A stretch of DNA of 64,000 nucleotides from Lama guanicoe (GCA_013239625.1 MU054117.1:2790011-2854010), one strand, 5' to 3'; counted from the first letter of the stretch, positions 1-12,047 are shown. Notes: generated from the letters alone by a model not told the origin. Numbers and translations: made by a program.

Positions 1-984
1 TACTTAGTTGTGACGCAGGATGGCGTGGCCTGCTTGTGCTGGAGCTCCCCTTACACCATCTGAACTCTGCCTGAGATGCTGATAGACAGAAACAGCTCGA
101 TTGCAGGACCCGCTCAGAGGAAGGCGGGGCGCTCCCGGGTGCGGTGTCCCTCCTCCTTCCCGCTCAAGTCGAGGCCGTGATTGGACAGGACTGGAAAGTT
201 TGCCCCAAACTCCATCTGGGACAGGGCGGAATTTTCAGGGACTCTGTTATCCAATCAGGAGAAGGAGTGGGGAAGTCTAACCTTGCCTTAATGAACTCGA
301 GGTAAAATGAGAGTCAGATCTGCTCAGAGCCATCCAGCCGGAAACCATGACCTGAACCTCTCAAGGCCTGGTTTCGGGGCCAGCAGGAAAAGACGCAGAT
401 GTAGATTTGTTTTAAGAGAAGAAAAGGCCGACTTTGCAGGCTGGGAAAGTCAGGGCATATAAACAAAGTGGTTCTGATGCGATTCTCCTCCTCTTCCTCC
501 GCCATCCACCTGCCAGAGCTCTGCTCTCTCCTGCCTGCCTGTGACAAATCCCACGTTCGCTCAGGATGCACTAAGTCCTGACACAGTCGGGGGCAGATTT
601 GGCCTCCTGTGCAAGCTGAGTCTTCCAGAAGTTTAAAAAAAGGGGGGCATTGTCCTCTATACCTGCAAATATGGTACTTGACCCAGGTGACCCCACTGAG
701 AGCGGTTACTGAGCAGAAGTGACAGGAGAAGCTGCAGTGAGAATACGGGTTGACAGGTGCCATTCAGGAGTTGCCCTGTCTGGAGCCATTGCCGGGCTGC
801 CGGCTGCTGTGGCCTCTGGGGGCCGCGTGCACTTCCTCCGCTGAGCCTGACAGCAGCGTGTGCCGTCCTGCCGCGTTAAGTCGGTCACATCCAGCCGCGT
901 GCCCCGCACCACCACGTCCGTTTACCGAGGTCTGCAGTGAGCCTGGCTCTGGGTCAGGCCCTTTGCGACAACCTGGCCCAACTC

Positions 985-1090
985 TCTTTTGCAGACGGGG
1001 ATCCTGGGGCTCAGAGAAGTGGAGTGATTGCCCAAAGTCACAGAGCAAAAGGTCAGAATCTGGATTTAAAACCAGGTCTGTGCTCCTTCA
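985..1090 (-). mobile_element. MIR SINE fragment
   Basis: ttttgcagacggggatcctggggctcagagaagt...gcccaaagtcacagagc...ggatttaaaaccaggtctg resembles the reverse MIR core. Confidence 0.65.
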
Positions 1091-2919
1091 GCCGGTGAAG
1101 TTGGGGAGACGTGGGCCCTGGGCTGGGGTCAGTCCCCTACCAGGCATGTGACTCGAGCAAACTCTGAAACCTTCCTGGGCTGTCCCATCCTGAAGGACAA
1201 ACGGGTAACAATGAGACGCACACCTGGGGTTGGTGTGTGGACCCAGCGCCTGGCCTGGAGTTACCACTTGGTCACTCTGAGGTCCCCAGGCTCCCCTGCT
1301 CCTGCCAGCCCCTAGGAGGGAGGCAGCCCACCCCACGGGGGAGGCCCTTCGCTTGGCCAGGACATTTCCAGCCCGGGGGAGGGAAGCCCGACCCTCCAGA
1401 AGCTGCAGGTGCATTTGAACTAAATGGATACCTGGACAGTCCTTGAAATCAAAGCCACTCTTTTCTTGCTGTGGGATTTGAAAATGTCACCTAACCTTCA
1501 TGTGTTTTTTCCTGTGGAATAACTTGCACACTCCATAACCCTGAGAGGTATGTTAGGATGGTAACTGATTCTGGTTTTCCCACAGGTGAATCAGCCCCAC
1601 AGGGGACTGCTCCAGAGAGGATGAGGACTCTGGCCGGCTCCTCTAGTTGGACCCGCTGTCCAGGGGGCTGGACCATCACTCGTGGCCATCACTGTGTATT
1701 GGGGCAGCATCTCAATCTGAATATGTTTCCAAGCCATGAATCGTGAGACAGAAATTCCACTTGCACATACCTGGGTGCATAAAATGTATCAGGGAATTCA
1801 CACCATGGATAAAGAAGAGGAAGGGGCTCAGAGAGGTGAAGTGACTTCCTCAAAGCCACCTAGCTGTTTAATGACGGAGCTGGGACCAGAGCCAGGGCCA
1901 CCGAGCCCTGCAGGGGTGCTCCTCCTCCACATCACGCCATGTCTTTACCTCCCGTGGACAGACACGCTCTTCCAGGGAGAGATGCTGGGAAGGAGACTCA
2001 CTTCTATCAGAATCCTGTTTTCTGGGAACTGTGCTCAATGCTTCATCCACTAAGGCTCATTTGATTCTCACAATCCATCTGCCGGAGAGAGAGAGGACCA
2101 TTAAGCCGGCTTTACACGGATGGAGAGATTAACCTACTGATCTGGAAGATCACAAGGCCCAGGCTCTGGCCAGATGTCCCCTTCCTCCTCCTCCTTCCTC
2201 CCTGGGCCTCTCTCACAGCTGGAAGCATCCTCTGAGAGCCTCAAGTGGGAGGCTTTAAGTGGTAAGGTTTCCTTGGGTTACGGGGTGATGGGTGGGTCAC
2301 ATCTCATGGGCAAGTCTAAATGCAGTAGATGTTGTTTGAGAAGGGAGCCAGACAAGACCCTTCTGGGAAGTGGAGCGTGTGGCTTTCCGGGTTCGGGGCT
2401 TCTCTCCAGCACTCAGTACCAGTGGCGGTGGCATCCTGCCATCCACCCAAACTCCCCTCCAGGCACTGCCTTCTGGAAGAAACGGCACTGAGGGTGGCCC
2501 TGCAGGCCTGAATGTCCTCTGTGTCCATTCCACCTGAGCAACAGGTAATTGATGCCAATTTTGGGGGGTCTTTACTGTTTTTCAGACCATGGAACCTCTT
2601 GGTGACATCCAGCTCATGCCTGCTGCTTGGAATTGGACTGGTTTCCCTCCAGGGAAAAACACCCCCCCGTCTCAGCACCTCTCATGAGCGCGTCCCCAGG
2701 CTGTGGGGCTTTTGGTGTGGAAGTGCCTTTAAAACAAGGGTTGTGTCTCTTATTCACATGTCTTCCTCCTCGGGTGCCTAATCCAAGGCTTGGACGCAGT
2801 AAGTGGTTTTGTAATTGACATTGGAATCGCAGAGGGGAAGGAAGGCTGGCTTTGCAGCTCCCAAGGGTTCAGGCTACCCTCTGAGAAATCCAGTTTTGGG
2901 AAGGTTCTGGCAACACATA

Positions 2920-3227
2920 TTCAAATGATACCACTTTTGGGAAATTATCATATGGAAGTAAAAGGTCCTGTTCACAAGGGTATATGTGAAAGAATGTTTA
3001 TTGCAAAATTAGAGTGACAGGAAACGAGGAGCGACTTGAAAATCCATCAACAGGGTGCTGGATTACAAAAGTATGGTTTGTCCACGCAGTGAGGCATTTG
3101 ACAGCTTTTAAAGGTCGTAACTTGGATGAGCATGTGGTAACCTGGAAAGAAGCCTATCATACACTGTTTAATGAATAAACCAAGTTGCTAAGCAATGTAT
3201 ATAATACGATTCCACTTCTATACAAAG
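2920..3227 (+). mobile_element. Ancient L1 (L1ME-like) ORF2 end/3' UTR fragment, resuming after ~4674
   Basis: IPLLGNY...GICERMFIA-like ORF2 tail; aatccatcaacaggg and aatacgattccac 3' UTR motifs. Confidence 0.65.
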
Positions 3228-3229
3228 TA

Positions 3230-3785
3230 CAGATGGCCCCTGACTTACGGAGTTTCAATTTACGATTTTACGACTTTATGATGGTGCAAAAGTGCTAGGA
3301 AGGCATTCAGTAGAAACCATACTTTGAATGTTGAATTTTGATCTTTTCCTGGTCTAGCAACAGGCAGTCAAATACACTCTGGGGATGCTGGGCAGAGAGG
3401 ACAGCCCCCAGGAGACCCCGCAATCACGAGGGTGAACAACCACCACACTTAGAATCATCCTGTACCCAGCCAGCCACTGTGTTTTTCACTGTCAGTATAG
3501 TGTTCAGTCAATTACATGAGATGTTCAACACTTTATTCTGAAACAGGCTTTGTGCTGGGTGCTCTTGCCCAGCAGTAGGCTGTAAATGCACTGAGATGTT
3601 TAGGTAGGTGAGGCTCACCTGTGACGTTCAGGAGGTTATGTCAATTAAATGCATTTTTGACCTGTGGTATTTTCAGTTCAGGATGGGTTTATTGGCATGT
3701 AACCCCACTTTTTTTTTTAAATTGGAGTAGAGTTGATTTACAATGTTGTGTTATTTTCTGGTGTACAGCACAGTGATTCAGTCAT

Positions 3786-3819
<34 letters not shown>

Positions 3820-4673
3820 TTTCATTATAGGTCATTACAAGCTATTGAGTATAGTTCCCTGTGCTCTACAGTAGGACCTTGTTTATCTATTCTGTATATA
3901 ATTGTTTGTATCTGCCAATCCCAAACTCCTAATTTATCCCTCTCTCCCTCCCCTTTGGTGCCCATAAGTTTGTAGTCTATGTTTGTGAGTCTATTTCTGT
4001 TTTGTAAATAAGTTCATTTGTGTATTTTTTAGATTCCATATATAAGTGATATCATATGATATTTGTTTTTCTCTGTTTGACTTAGTTTGCTCAGTATGAT
4101 CATCTCTAGGTCCATCCATGTTGCTGCAAATGGCATTATTTCAATCTTTTTTACCGCTGAGTAATATTCCNNNNNNNNNNNNNNNNNNNNNNNNNNNNNN
4201 NNNNNNNNNNNNNNNNATATATATATACACCACAACTTCTTTATCCAGTCATTTGTAGATGGACATTTAGGTTGCTTCTATGTCTTGGCTATTGTAAATA
4301 GTGCTGCAGTGAACATTGGGGTGCATGTATCTCTTCAAATTAGAGCTTTCTCTGGATATATGCCCAGGAGTTGGGTTACTGGATCATATGGTAACTCTGT
4401 TTTTAGTTTTTGGAGGAATCTCCCTACCATTTTCCGTAGTGGCTGCACCCAGTTGCATTCCCACCAACAGTGTAGGAGGGCTCCCTTTTCTCCACAGCCT
4501 CTCCAGCATTTATCCTTTGTAGACTTTTTCATGACAGCTGTTCTGACTGGTGTGAGGTGATACCTATGGTAGTTTTGATCTGCATTTCTCTGATAAGTAG
4601 CGATACTGAGCATCTTTTCATGTGCCTGTTGGCCATGGGGAATGTAATCCCATTGTAAGTCAAGGAAGATCTA
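3230..4673 (-). mobile_element. Tigger5/MER47-family DNA transposon, interrupted by L1 at 3708-4638
   Basis: TA + CAGATGGCCCCTGACTTACG left terminus, MER47-like body, right terminus ...GTAAGTCAAGGAAGATCTA after the L1. Confidence 0.75.
3708..4638 (-). mobile_element. 5'-truncated lineage L1 (ORF2 C-terminus, 3' UTR, polyA); contains a 46-N gap at 4171-4216
   Basis: Poly-T at 3709-3718; minus ORFs [36 protein letters not shown] and EYYSAVKKIEIMPFAATWMDLE are L1 ORF2p C-terminal motifs. Confidence 0.92.
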
Positions 4674-6589
4674 TGCATACATTTGTATGAGAAACAAATA
4701 GGGGACATACAGCAAGATGTTAATGTTACCTTAGAAGGGTAACATTTTAAATTTTAAAAAATCTAGCAAGGTTTATATATATATATTATGACATCAGTGC
4801 ATAATGCTTTTGGGGGGCCAAGGCTGCAAAACTTCTCACCCGTAAAAGTTTTGGAAGCACACAAGGACTTTGGTATCCTGATGAGGCACGTGTCCCCAGT
4901 CCTGCTTGAAAGGAGGCTACTGAGCTCCCGGTTCAGGCCCTAAAGCCCCAGGGTCTCCCTGTCGGCCTCCCTGACCATAAGCCGCTGGTTACAGCTGCAC
5001 ATACGACCTCCGATAGTGCTGAATCCGTCACCAGCTCCTCCTGGAAGGTATGTCATCAGGGCAGGGCTGGCTCTTCTCTTCATTTTTCAGGTCCAGAGTC
5101 CCTAGCACAATGCTTGGCTTAGACTAGTTGCCTCGTAAGGGCTAATGGAAGGAAGTGTGTGCTGAGTGACAGTGCCAGACAGACCGAGCTGACTTCCAGC
5201 TGGCCCTGGGGGACTCAGGAGGGGTTTTTCAGAAAAAGACGAGCCTTTATGAAGGATTTGGAAAGGAGAAAAGGAGTGGAATGTACAACTCCCACCGAGT
5301 GGGAAAAGCTGATTTCTGTTTTCGGAAGAACGTCTTGGTATCTTTAAGGGCTTTGCTGCTGCTGCGTCCCTCTTCGCCCCCCTCCAGAGAAGTCTGAGTT
5401 CCACCACAGGCCACCGAGAGGACGTCTGGGTGTCTTTCGAGCGCTCCTCACCCCGAGAGAAAGCTAGGTGACGGGAGTCTAGTATTCAGCTTTTCAGGGG
5501 CATGAGACACCAGGGGTTAGGTATTATGCAGAGATACTAGAAAATGCCTCCCAGATACAGTTAGAAAAATAATCAAGCCAAACGGTATCATATCCGGCAC
5601 AAAACCACAATGAATTGATTTAATCAGAACAAGGAAGAAATAACATTTTGGTTTTTATGGCCAAAAAAAAAAAAAAAAAGGAAGAAACCCAAATTACTTT
5701 GCAGGCGTTGGTGGCACTCTTGCAAGTTGTTTCTTGGAACACAGTTGAAGCGCTAATTCGGCCTTGGGTTAGGGAGAGTTAGGACCGTGGAGGCTTCCGC
5801 GCAGGAGAACTCCCCAGGTGTGGGGCTGTCTGGAGGCTCAGCCAGGTAGCTGGCTGCGGCAGCCTTGACGTGGTTCCCAGCTGGCCCAGAAGACACTGAG
5901 ATTGCTGCTGGGTTAGCTGCTGCGGGGTGGAGACGGATAACGGCTGTGGCCTGATTCCTGGGGAGCCGTCGATTCACTGCAGCGTGTCTTGGCCATATGT
6001 GAGCCCCCGCCACGTGTGAGCTTCCCCGGGGAGGAGGAGGGGGAGGCCACGTGACATGTCTTCTGTATCTCCTTTTAACCACATTTAAACAAGCTAGAGC
6101 CTGCGCTTTCCCAGACAGTGGGGTCTGCAGGTCCCACTGCCCCCTGACACCGGGCACTGGGATTTGGGAGGCGGCAGAGAAGTGCTGACGTGCTCCTGAG
6201 GCTGCGCTACTGCACAGTCTTCACCTTCGGGGGGCTGAGAGGAGACAGTTAGGGAGCTGCCGCGTGGTGTGTGTGGAACCTCAGAGGCCTTGCTTGGCTT
6301 TCCAGGGCTTGCAGTCTGCTATAACAGCCATGCCAAAAAATTAGGCCGGTCCAGCTCTTCCAGTGGCAGGAGACTCAATTTCTCTGTGGCATCTCATAAA
6401 GCTGGAAAACTTTTCCAATTATAGTCCTCCCCCCAAGAGTCCCATTCCAAGCTCTGCAAGAACCTCCTGGCTCTCAAGAACCTCTGTGCTAGAGATGGAC
6501 CTAGTTTCTATAGTGTAGTGGGTCCTCCTCATAGTTTGGAGGGCTCTCCCTGTAACTTAGGGACCTTTCTCTCTGGGTCTTTTTGTCTC

Positions 6590-6765
6590 CTCCAAATATC
6601 CGGTTATCCTCCACCATGACTGCCCATTAGAATTATCCAGGGACTTAAAAAAAAAAAATCCGGATGCCTAAGTCTCACTAAATCATACTCTCTGGGGGTG
6701 CAGCCAAGGCACTGGCATTTCTGCAACTCCCCAGAGGATTCTCAGCAAGGTTGAGAACCACTGCC
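6590..6765. mobile_element. MER5-type hAT-Charlie element
   Basis: ttagaattatccaggg...aactccccagaggattct...ggttgagaaccactg terminus. Confidence 0.65.
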
Positions 6766-7554
6766 TTGTTCCTGGGACCCGGCTAACCTGTCGAAGACCA
6801 TGCTGGCATCCTGAATTCTCATGCAGATCCTACCACTTGGGCAGGTCTCTGTGTGTCATCTGTCACGATGGAATAGTAACAGCATCTCCAAGACTTAAAC
6901 CTCACGAGGACACATTGTATCTAGGAGCTTCTCCAGCGTGTGATAAGCGCTCTATCAAGTTGAACTCAGAGCCTAGGACAGGGCCTAGCAAGTGTTAGCG
7001 CAATGTCTGAGCTTTGACCACGAGCCAGGCATTGTTCTAAGGGCTTTCCATGTACTATTTCAACGTTTTGCGGCACTGACGATCTAGCGTAAGGAAAAAT
7101 GATCCAAGCAGACTGTCTTCAAGACCTCTTTACCCCGTCTGGCATATTGTCCAGACCACGCATTTAACTCACATCCTGGAGAACTCCCTGCGTCCCTTGT
7201 CATCTCGTGCTCCTTCTTGCCTCACACCAAAGTCCTTTCCAGAGCTCGTCTACAGAAGTTCTGCACATCTGAAAGCATTCAAGGTGACCAAGTCTGTTCA
7301 GTGGTCATTCCAGTATCTTTTGCTGCCCCTTGCCAAGTGCCTGTCGATGAGTTAAGCACATAGGAGATGCCCAGTAAGTTCTCAATGGAATGACTAGATT
7401 AACCTTGTGAAAGACTATGCAGACATCCTTATGCAAAAGAGATGGAGAAAGACAGGACTGGACAGCGGGGATGGTGAGCAAATGGCACCTACAAAATGCC
7501 TACTGTGTGCTAGGCACTTTTTATGCGTCATGAATTTTCGCAATTCTAGTAGAC

Positions 7555-7660
7555 GAGTGTTCAGGTAACCTTCTGCTGTGTAGCAAATTACCCCAAAACT
7601 TAGTCTCTTAAAGTAACAGTTATTTTGCTCGTGAATTTGTGATGCGGTGGGAGGGTGGAG
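7555..7660 (-). mobile_element. MLT1 (MaLR LTR) fragment
   Basis: ctgctgtgtagcaaattaccccaaaacttagt...aacagttattttgctc. Confidence 0.55.
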
Positions 7661-8543
7661 AGACAACTCCTCTCTGCTCCAAGATGGCTCCCCAGAGGAC
7701 AGGAGTATCCATTTTCAGGACAGCTCAGTCACGCCCTCCAGCCACGGTGGAACCACCCTGGTGGCCTAAGTTCCTCAGGCACAGCCCCAGGCTGGCTCGG
7801 GGTTGGATGGGTTGGAATAGAAAACACCTTGCCTTGAGAATACAGCCCTCCTTCTCAGCCTCTCCTTTCCCCATTCCAAGGGGAGCTGCGGTTGAGGGGA
7901 AGCCAAGCCGAGCAAAAAATTTCAACAGAGAACAGAGGAAACACACCCACTGAGGTTCTCATAGCAACATAATCACGCACAGGCAGCAGCCTATTTCGGT
8001 GGGAGCCTGTCTGAGCTTCCCTCCTCCCCGGGTTAGTCACAGAATGAATGCTCTGCACAGGCAGCAGCAGTGTGGGGTGGGGTGCGGTGGGGTGGGTGGG
8101 GGGAGAGCGCTGGGCTGAAAGGCAGGACGCTGGGGAGCTGCTGTCTGGTGCTCCGTCAGCTAGCTGAAGGATTGGACACATGCCCTCTCTCTGATCTCAG
8201 GGTCTTCATCCGTAAACGAGAGGACGGGAGTAAAGAGCTGTGAAGACCCTGTCTGATTTCTGTTGACAGTACAAGCACCGAACCTCTCTTGGTAGGAGAC
8301 CGGATGCCTCAGGATCTCCTGTCTCTGAGAAAGATGGGATTCTCCAGGGTAAAAGTCGTTCCTTAGATTCTGCTCCTTTACTTCCTACCCCCACCAGCTG
8401 CACGTGGGCAGGATGTGAAAGGGAAGGATAATGACCAGGTGTGGCCAAGACGCTGCTCTAACCCCCAACACTAATCCAGGCCTGTGGTCTGGGAAAGGGA
8501 AGGGCTGAGGAGGCCATTCTTTCACTTAAACTTACTCCTCCTT

Positions 8544-8546
<3 letters not shown>

Positions 8547-8581
<35 letters not shown>
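8547..8581 (+). repeat. (CA)17 microsatellite
   Basis: Direct reading. Confidence 0.95.
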
Positions 8582-8583
<2 letters not shown>

Positions 8584-10107
8584 CCATTAACTCAAGCCTC
8601 TTGTTCCCTCTCTATCCCCTCCTCTCTCCCTCCTCCACTTACTGCAATGTGTCCCCTCTTTCCCCTAGGGTCAGGTGATGGGAGCATCTTTAGATTCTGG
8701 TCCATTTCTTCAGTGGACTCTGGGGTTAGTTGAGGACAGTCAGGCTCACACTTCCTGACTGTCAGAGGTGAGGTTAAAAAACAAATAGGGCACGCACGCA
8801 TGAGTGATCTCCCGGAGTAAGCACGGGGATGAAGTGATGAGCGAGCCAGGATGCTCAAGGAGCACCTTCTAGGTCCCTGTCCTTGACTTGTGAACTGAAA
8901 GCTTGGAAGCGCAGCTGTCTTTGAGGGAGTCCGGCCTGAGTGGCCTGTTGTAATGGGAGGCACAGAGTGCCCTTCCACCCCGTTTTATTTCCCACCCGCC
9001 TGACAGATGGCCGGTAAGACACAGAAAAAGCAGCTCTCCAAGTGAAAACAGGAATGCATTGTATAAAAATTCACACCCCCTGCTGCCGCCCAAACTCCTT
9101 TAAAAAAGGATCAAGAGAATCCTAATGGGTACGTGACACCCTCCCTCTCTCCCATAAAAGGGACTTCAGAATCTGGTGATGCTGGGGGAGGGGTGGGGAG
9201 GGAGAAGAGAGATGTGTGGGCAGGGGGCTGCCAGGGAAGACTAGGGTGGGGGAGCCTGGCCGAGGGCCCACCCATTTGACTCCCTCCCACCCTCCTTCCC
9301 AAGCCACCTCTGGATGAACCTTCCCCCCACCCTCTCAGCCTGAGAGAGGCCTGGAGCCCCGAACCCTCGGGTTGGGAGAGTGGGAGAACGGAGGGATAAT
9401 GAAGCCATACGTAGCCCTAGAGTTGAAGGAGTTAAGGACCCTCCCTCATCCAGACACCCACCCCTTCGCTCCCCAAACCCCAAGTAGTTCGCAGAGGAAG
9501 GATCCAGGAACTGGCAGCCGAGCGGGAGCGGGGGGAGTGGGGTGGGGTGGGGTGGGGGCGAGGGGACGGTGGCCCAGCCTCGCCCCGAGCCTGTCCTGGG
9601 GGGAGGACGCACGCACACCGGGTCTGAGGACCTGCGAGCGCCCAGCTCCGGCGCCTGCCTTCTCCGAGCCTCTCGCGTGGCCCGGCCGCGTCCGCGCAGC
9701 CCTCGCCCCCCGCACACGTTGTTCACGGCGCCCGGGAGTGGAGGCGGCCAAGAGACCCCCGGAGCCCGGGCGAGGGGGCGGCCTGGGGCGCGGGGGCCCT
9801 GGGTCTGCGCCCAGCCGCCGCCCGCTCGGCCCAACCTCCTCCCCGCCCCCACTCACCGGCTCAGCCCCCGGGAGGGACGCGCAGGAAGCGTGTTGCTTCG
9901 CCCGCGGATCGGCAGAAGTTGAGAGGAGTTGCCGGCTGCCTCGGCCGGCCGGACTTTGCGAGCAGCCAGCGAGGAGCCGCCGCCGCCGCCGCGGAGCCTT
10001 CGGGGCTGCCTCCGTCCTGCCGGAGCCCGCAGCGCGGGTGGAGAGGGGCGGGGAGGGGGTCGCGGGCGCCAGAAGAGCTCGGAACTGTGTGAAGGAATCC
10101 GAAGCAG

Positions 10108-10167
10108 ATGAGAAGGGAGGAAAATAAAACAAAGTGGAGACTGCAGGAAAGACTCCACCGTGGTTGA
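10108..10167 (+). other. Putative uORF (19 aa, MRREENKTKWRLQERLHRG) in probable PRMT8 5' UTR
   Basis: ATG 10108 to TGA 10165-10167; its stop overlaps the next ATG (TGATG). Confidence 0.45.
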
Positions 10168-10302
10168 TGGTCTCGGCTGACGCTCCAGCAGAGGGGCTGG
10201 GTTGGGCTTTTTTTTATCCCTCCCGTTCTCTCTCCTCTCTCTCTTTTAAAGCTCTCTCTCTTTCTCTACTATCTCTGTATCACCAAACCCTTGCTGGCTC
10301 TT

Positions 10303-10377
10303 ATGGGCATGAAACACTCCTCCCGCTGCCTGCTCCTAAGGAGGAAAATGGCGGAGAACGCTGCCGAGAACACCGAG
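10303..10377 (+). CDS. PRMT8: PRMT8 coding exon 1 (aa 1-25, MGMKHSSRCLLLRRKMAENAAENTE), N-myristoylation Gly2
   Basis: ATG at 10303; translation matches the recalled PRMT8 N-terminus; ends GAG|gtaaga donor, phase 0; lies in a CpG island. Confidence 0.97.
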
Positions 10378-10437
10378 GTAAGAGGCGAGAGGCCCGGGCT
10401 CGGCGACCCCGCAGCCCGCCCAGACCACCGCGCCACC

Positions 10438-10467
<30 letters not shown>
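10438..10467 (+). repeat. (CCG)10 trinucleotide repeat
   Basis: 10 perfect CCG units starting 61 nt after the exon 1 donor. Confidence 0.95.
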
Positions 10468-10468
<1 letters not shown>

Positions 10469-11064
10469 TCCGCACCTGGAGCCAAACTTTCCCAGCTCCA
10501 TCCCGCTTGCTTCTGCCGGCCGTGGTGTGTGTATGTGTGTGCGCGCGCGTGTGTGTGTTGGGTGGGGGGAAGACAGTTCCTGTCTCAGGCCCCCTCCCTC
10601 TTGGAAATGCAAAAGAGTCGCTCTCACCCCAGCTCCCTCTCCTGCCACCCGCTGCTCGCTCCCCCCCCCCCCCCCCCACCCCCCCGCCCCCAAGTCCCAA
10701 ACCCTGGGCAGCCGCGCACCCCTGCCCTCTCCTCTGGGCTCTGTTAGGGCGCCAGAGTGCCGACGCGTGCCGAGCCAGGATGGGTGATCCGGGGGCCAGG
10801 TCTGCTCCCTGCGGTGCCTTGACCGTCTCTGGCCGCTGCCTCCGCTTTACCCTTCAAGCTCGAGTCAGTCCCCGAGCTCTCGGTCCCCGCAGCACCGCGG
10901 AGAACTCCCGGCCTTGAGGGTGCCTGGCCGCGCCGGAGGTGGGACTTGGTCGCCACCAGCAGACCTTCCCGCCCAGAGCCGGGCCGGGGAGAGGTCTGCA
11001 ATCCAGGACGTAGGAGCCGCCTCGGGGACGCTAACCCCGGGAGGGAGCAAGGGCCGCGGCCACC

Positions 11065-11085
11065 TTCAGAACCAGGGACAGCGCC
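11065..11085 (+). promoter_or_regulatory. RE1/NRSE (REST binding site)
   Basis: TTCAGAACCAGGGACAGCGCC vs consensus TTCAGCACCACGGACAGCGCC, 19/21, one mismatch in the variable spacer. Confidence 0.8.
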
Positions 11086-11530
11086 CGCGCCTGCCGCAGC
11101 CGAGCCCGCTCGGGCGGTGGGGGCTGCGCGCGGCGCTGCAAAGGGAAATGGGTCTGCAGCCGCTCGTCCCACAGCAGTTTCGAGCAGGTCGCTGCAGCTC
11201 CGCAAACTGCGCTCTTGGCCCCTGCCTCCAGCAGCACAGTCGCTGCCCTTTCTCTACTCTCGAGTTGGCTCGGAGCCGAAAAGAGCCCTGCTGAGATTTG
11301 CGTCCCGATCCTGGGAGGCTGTGTTCCCTGGCCTCGCTCTGCCCCTGCTGTCATTACAACCGGATTAGTCCGTAGGCTCTGGGCACCTGTAGTCACGAAG
11401 GGGATCCGCGTGGGAAGCCCCCTTACCTTCATGGAGGAACCGTGCGCCGAGGTGGGGGTGGAGTGGGGTGTGTGTGTGAAGATCATCCCTTACTCGGTGG
11501 CAGGAAAAAGACAGAGCAAACTGGCGGGCT

Positions 11531-11540
11531 CTATTAATAG
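11531..11540. promoter_or_regulatory. MEF2 consensus site
   Basis: CTATTAATAG = CTA(A/T)4TAG, in GC-rich context. Confidence 0.55.
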
Positions 11541-12037
11541 CCGGGTGTCTGGTGGGGCTGCCGTACATTTCACATATGGTTACCCATATGCAGCGTGGGG
11601 TGGGGATGGAGGTGTGGCTCCAGGATTGTCCCTCTGTCTGGCTGGAATGCGGCAAGGGGCAGAGACCCTTCCGATCTTCTTCCCTCGAGGTCTTAACTGC
11701 ATCTAACCCCTACCCCACCGCGTAGGCAGCAAAGCTTTTAAAAATCCCCATTGTCTGAGAAACCAGAAGCAGCATGCATCCAGCAACTGTCGATTTTGAA
11801 ACAAGCACGCTCTGGGGGAAAACAGTGGGGCGTTCAGGAGCTAACGCTGGTCTCCTTGAGTTAGGGCAAAGCCAGAGCACGTGCGGTCCCCTTGCCACTT
11901 CCTCTTCCCCATCCCCCACAGGCGAGGAGACATTCAGAACGCTGGGTAGTGCAAGGCGCCCAGCTTCGCGGCAGAGAGCGAGCCTTACCAATCCCCTCAC
12001 CCTCCTCCCTCTGATCGCCCACCCGCGGAGGGGGTTT

Positions 12038-12047
12038 CTAAAAATAG
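12038..12047. promoter_or_regulatory. MEF2 consensus site
   Basis: CTAAAAATAG, in GC-rich context. Confidence 0.55.

Larger units (their letters stand above)
9440..11500. promoter_or_regulatory. CpG island / PRMT8 promoter, 5' UTR and start of intron 1 (CpG-rich shore to ~12400)
   Basis: Very high GC and CpG density, GC boxes and CCG runs surrounding coding exon 1; TSS cannot be fixed from sequence. Confidence 0.9.

Noticed and set aside
60..300. CCAAT/GC-box-rich segment suggesting a promoter
   Set aside because: Could be an old LTR fragment; no exon or family assignable from sequence alone
4171..4216. Run of 46 N
   Set aside because: Assembly gap beside an (AT)n tract in L1; technical
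9241..11706. Many overlapping 120-250 aa ORFs on both strands
   Set aside because: Expected from stop-codon depletion in a CpG island; only PRMT8 exon 1 and the ATG-10167 frame link to splice structure
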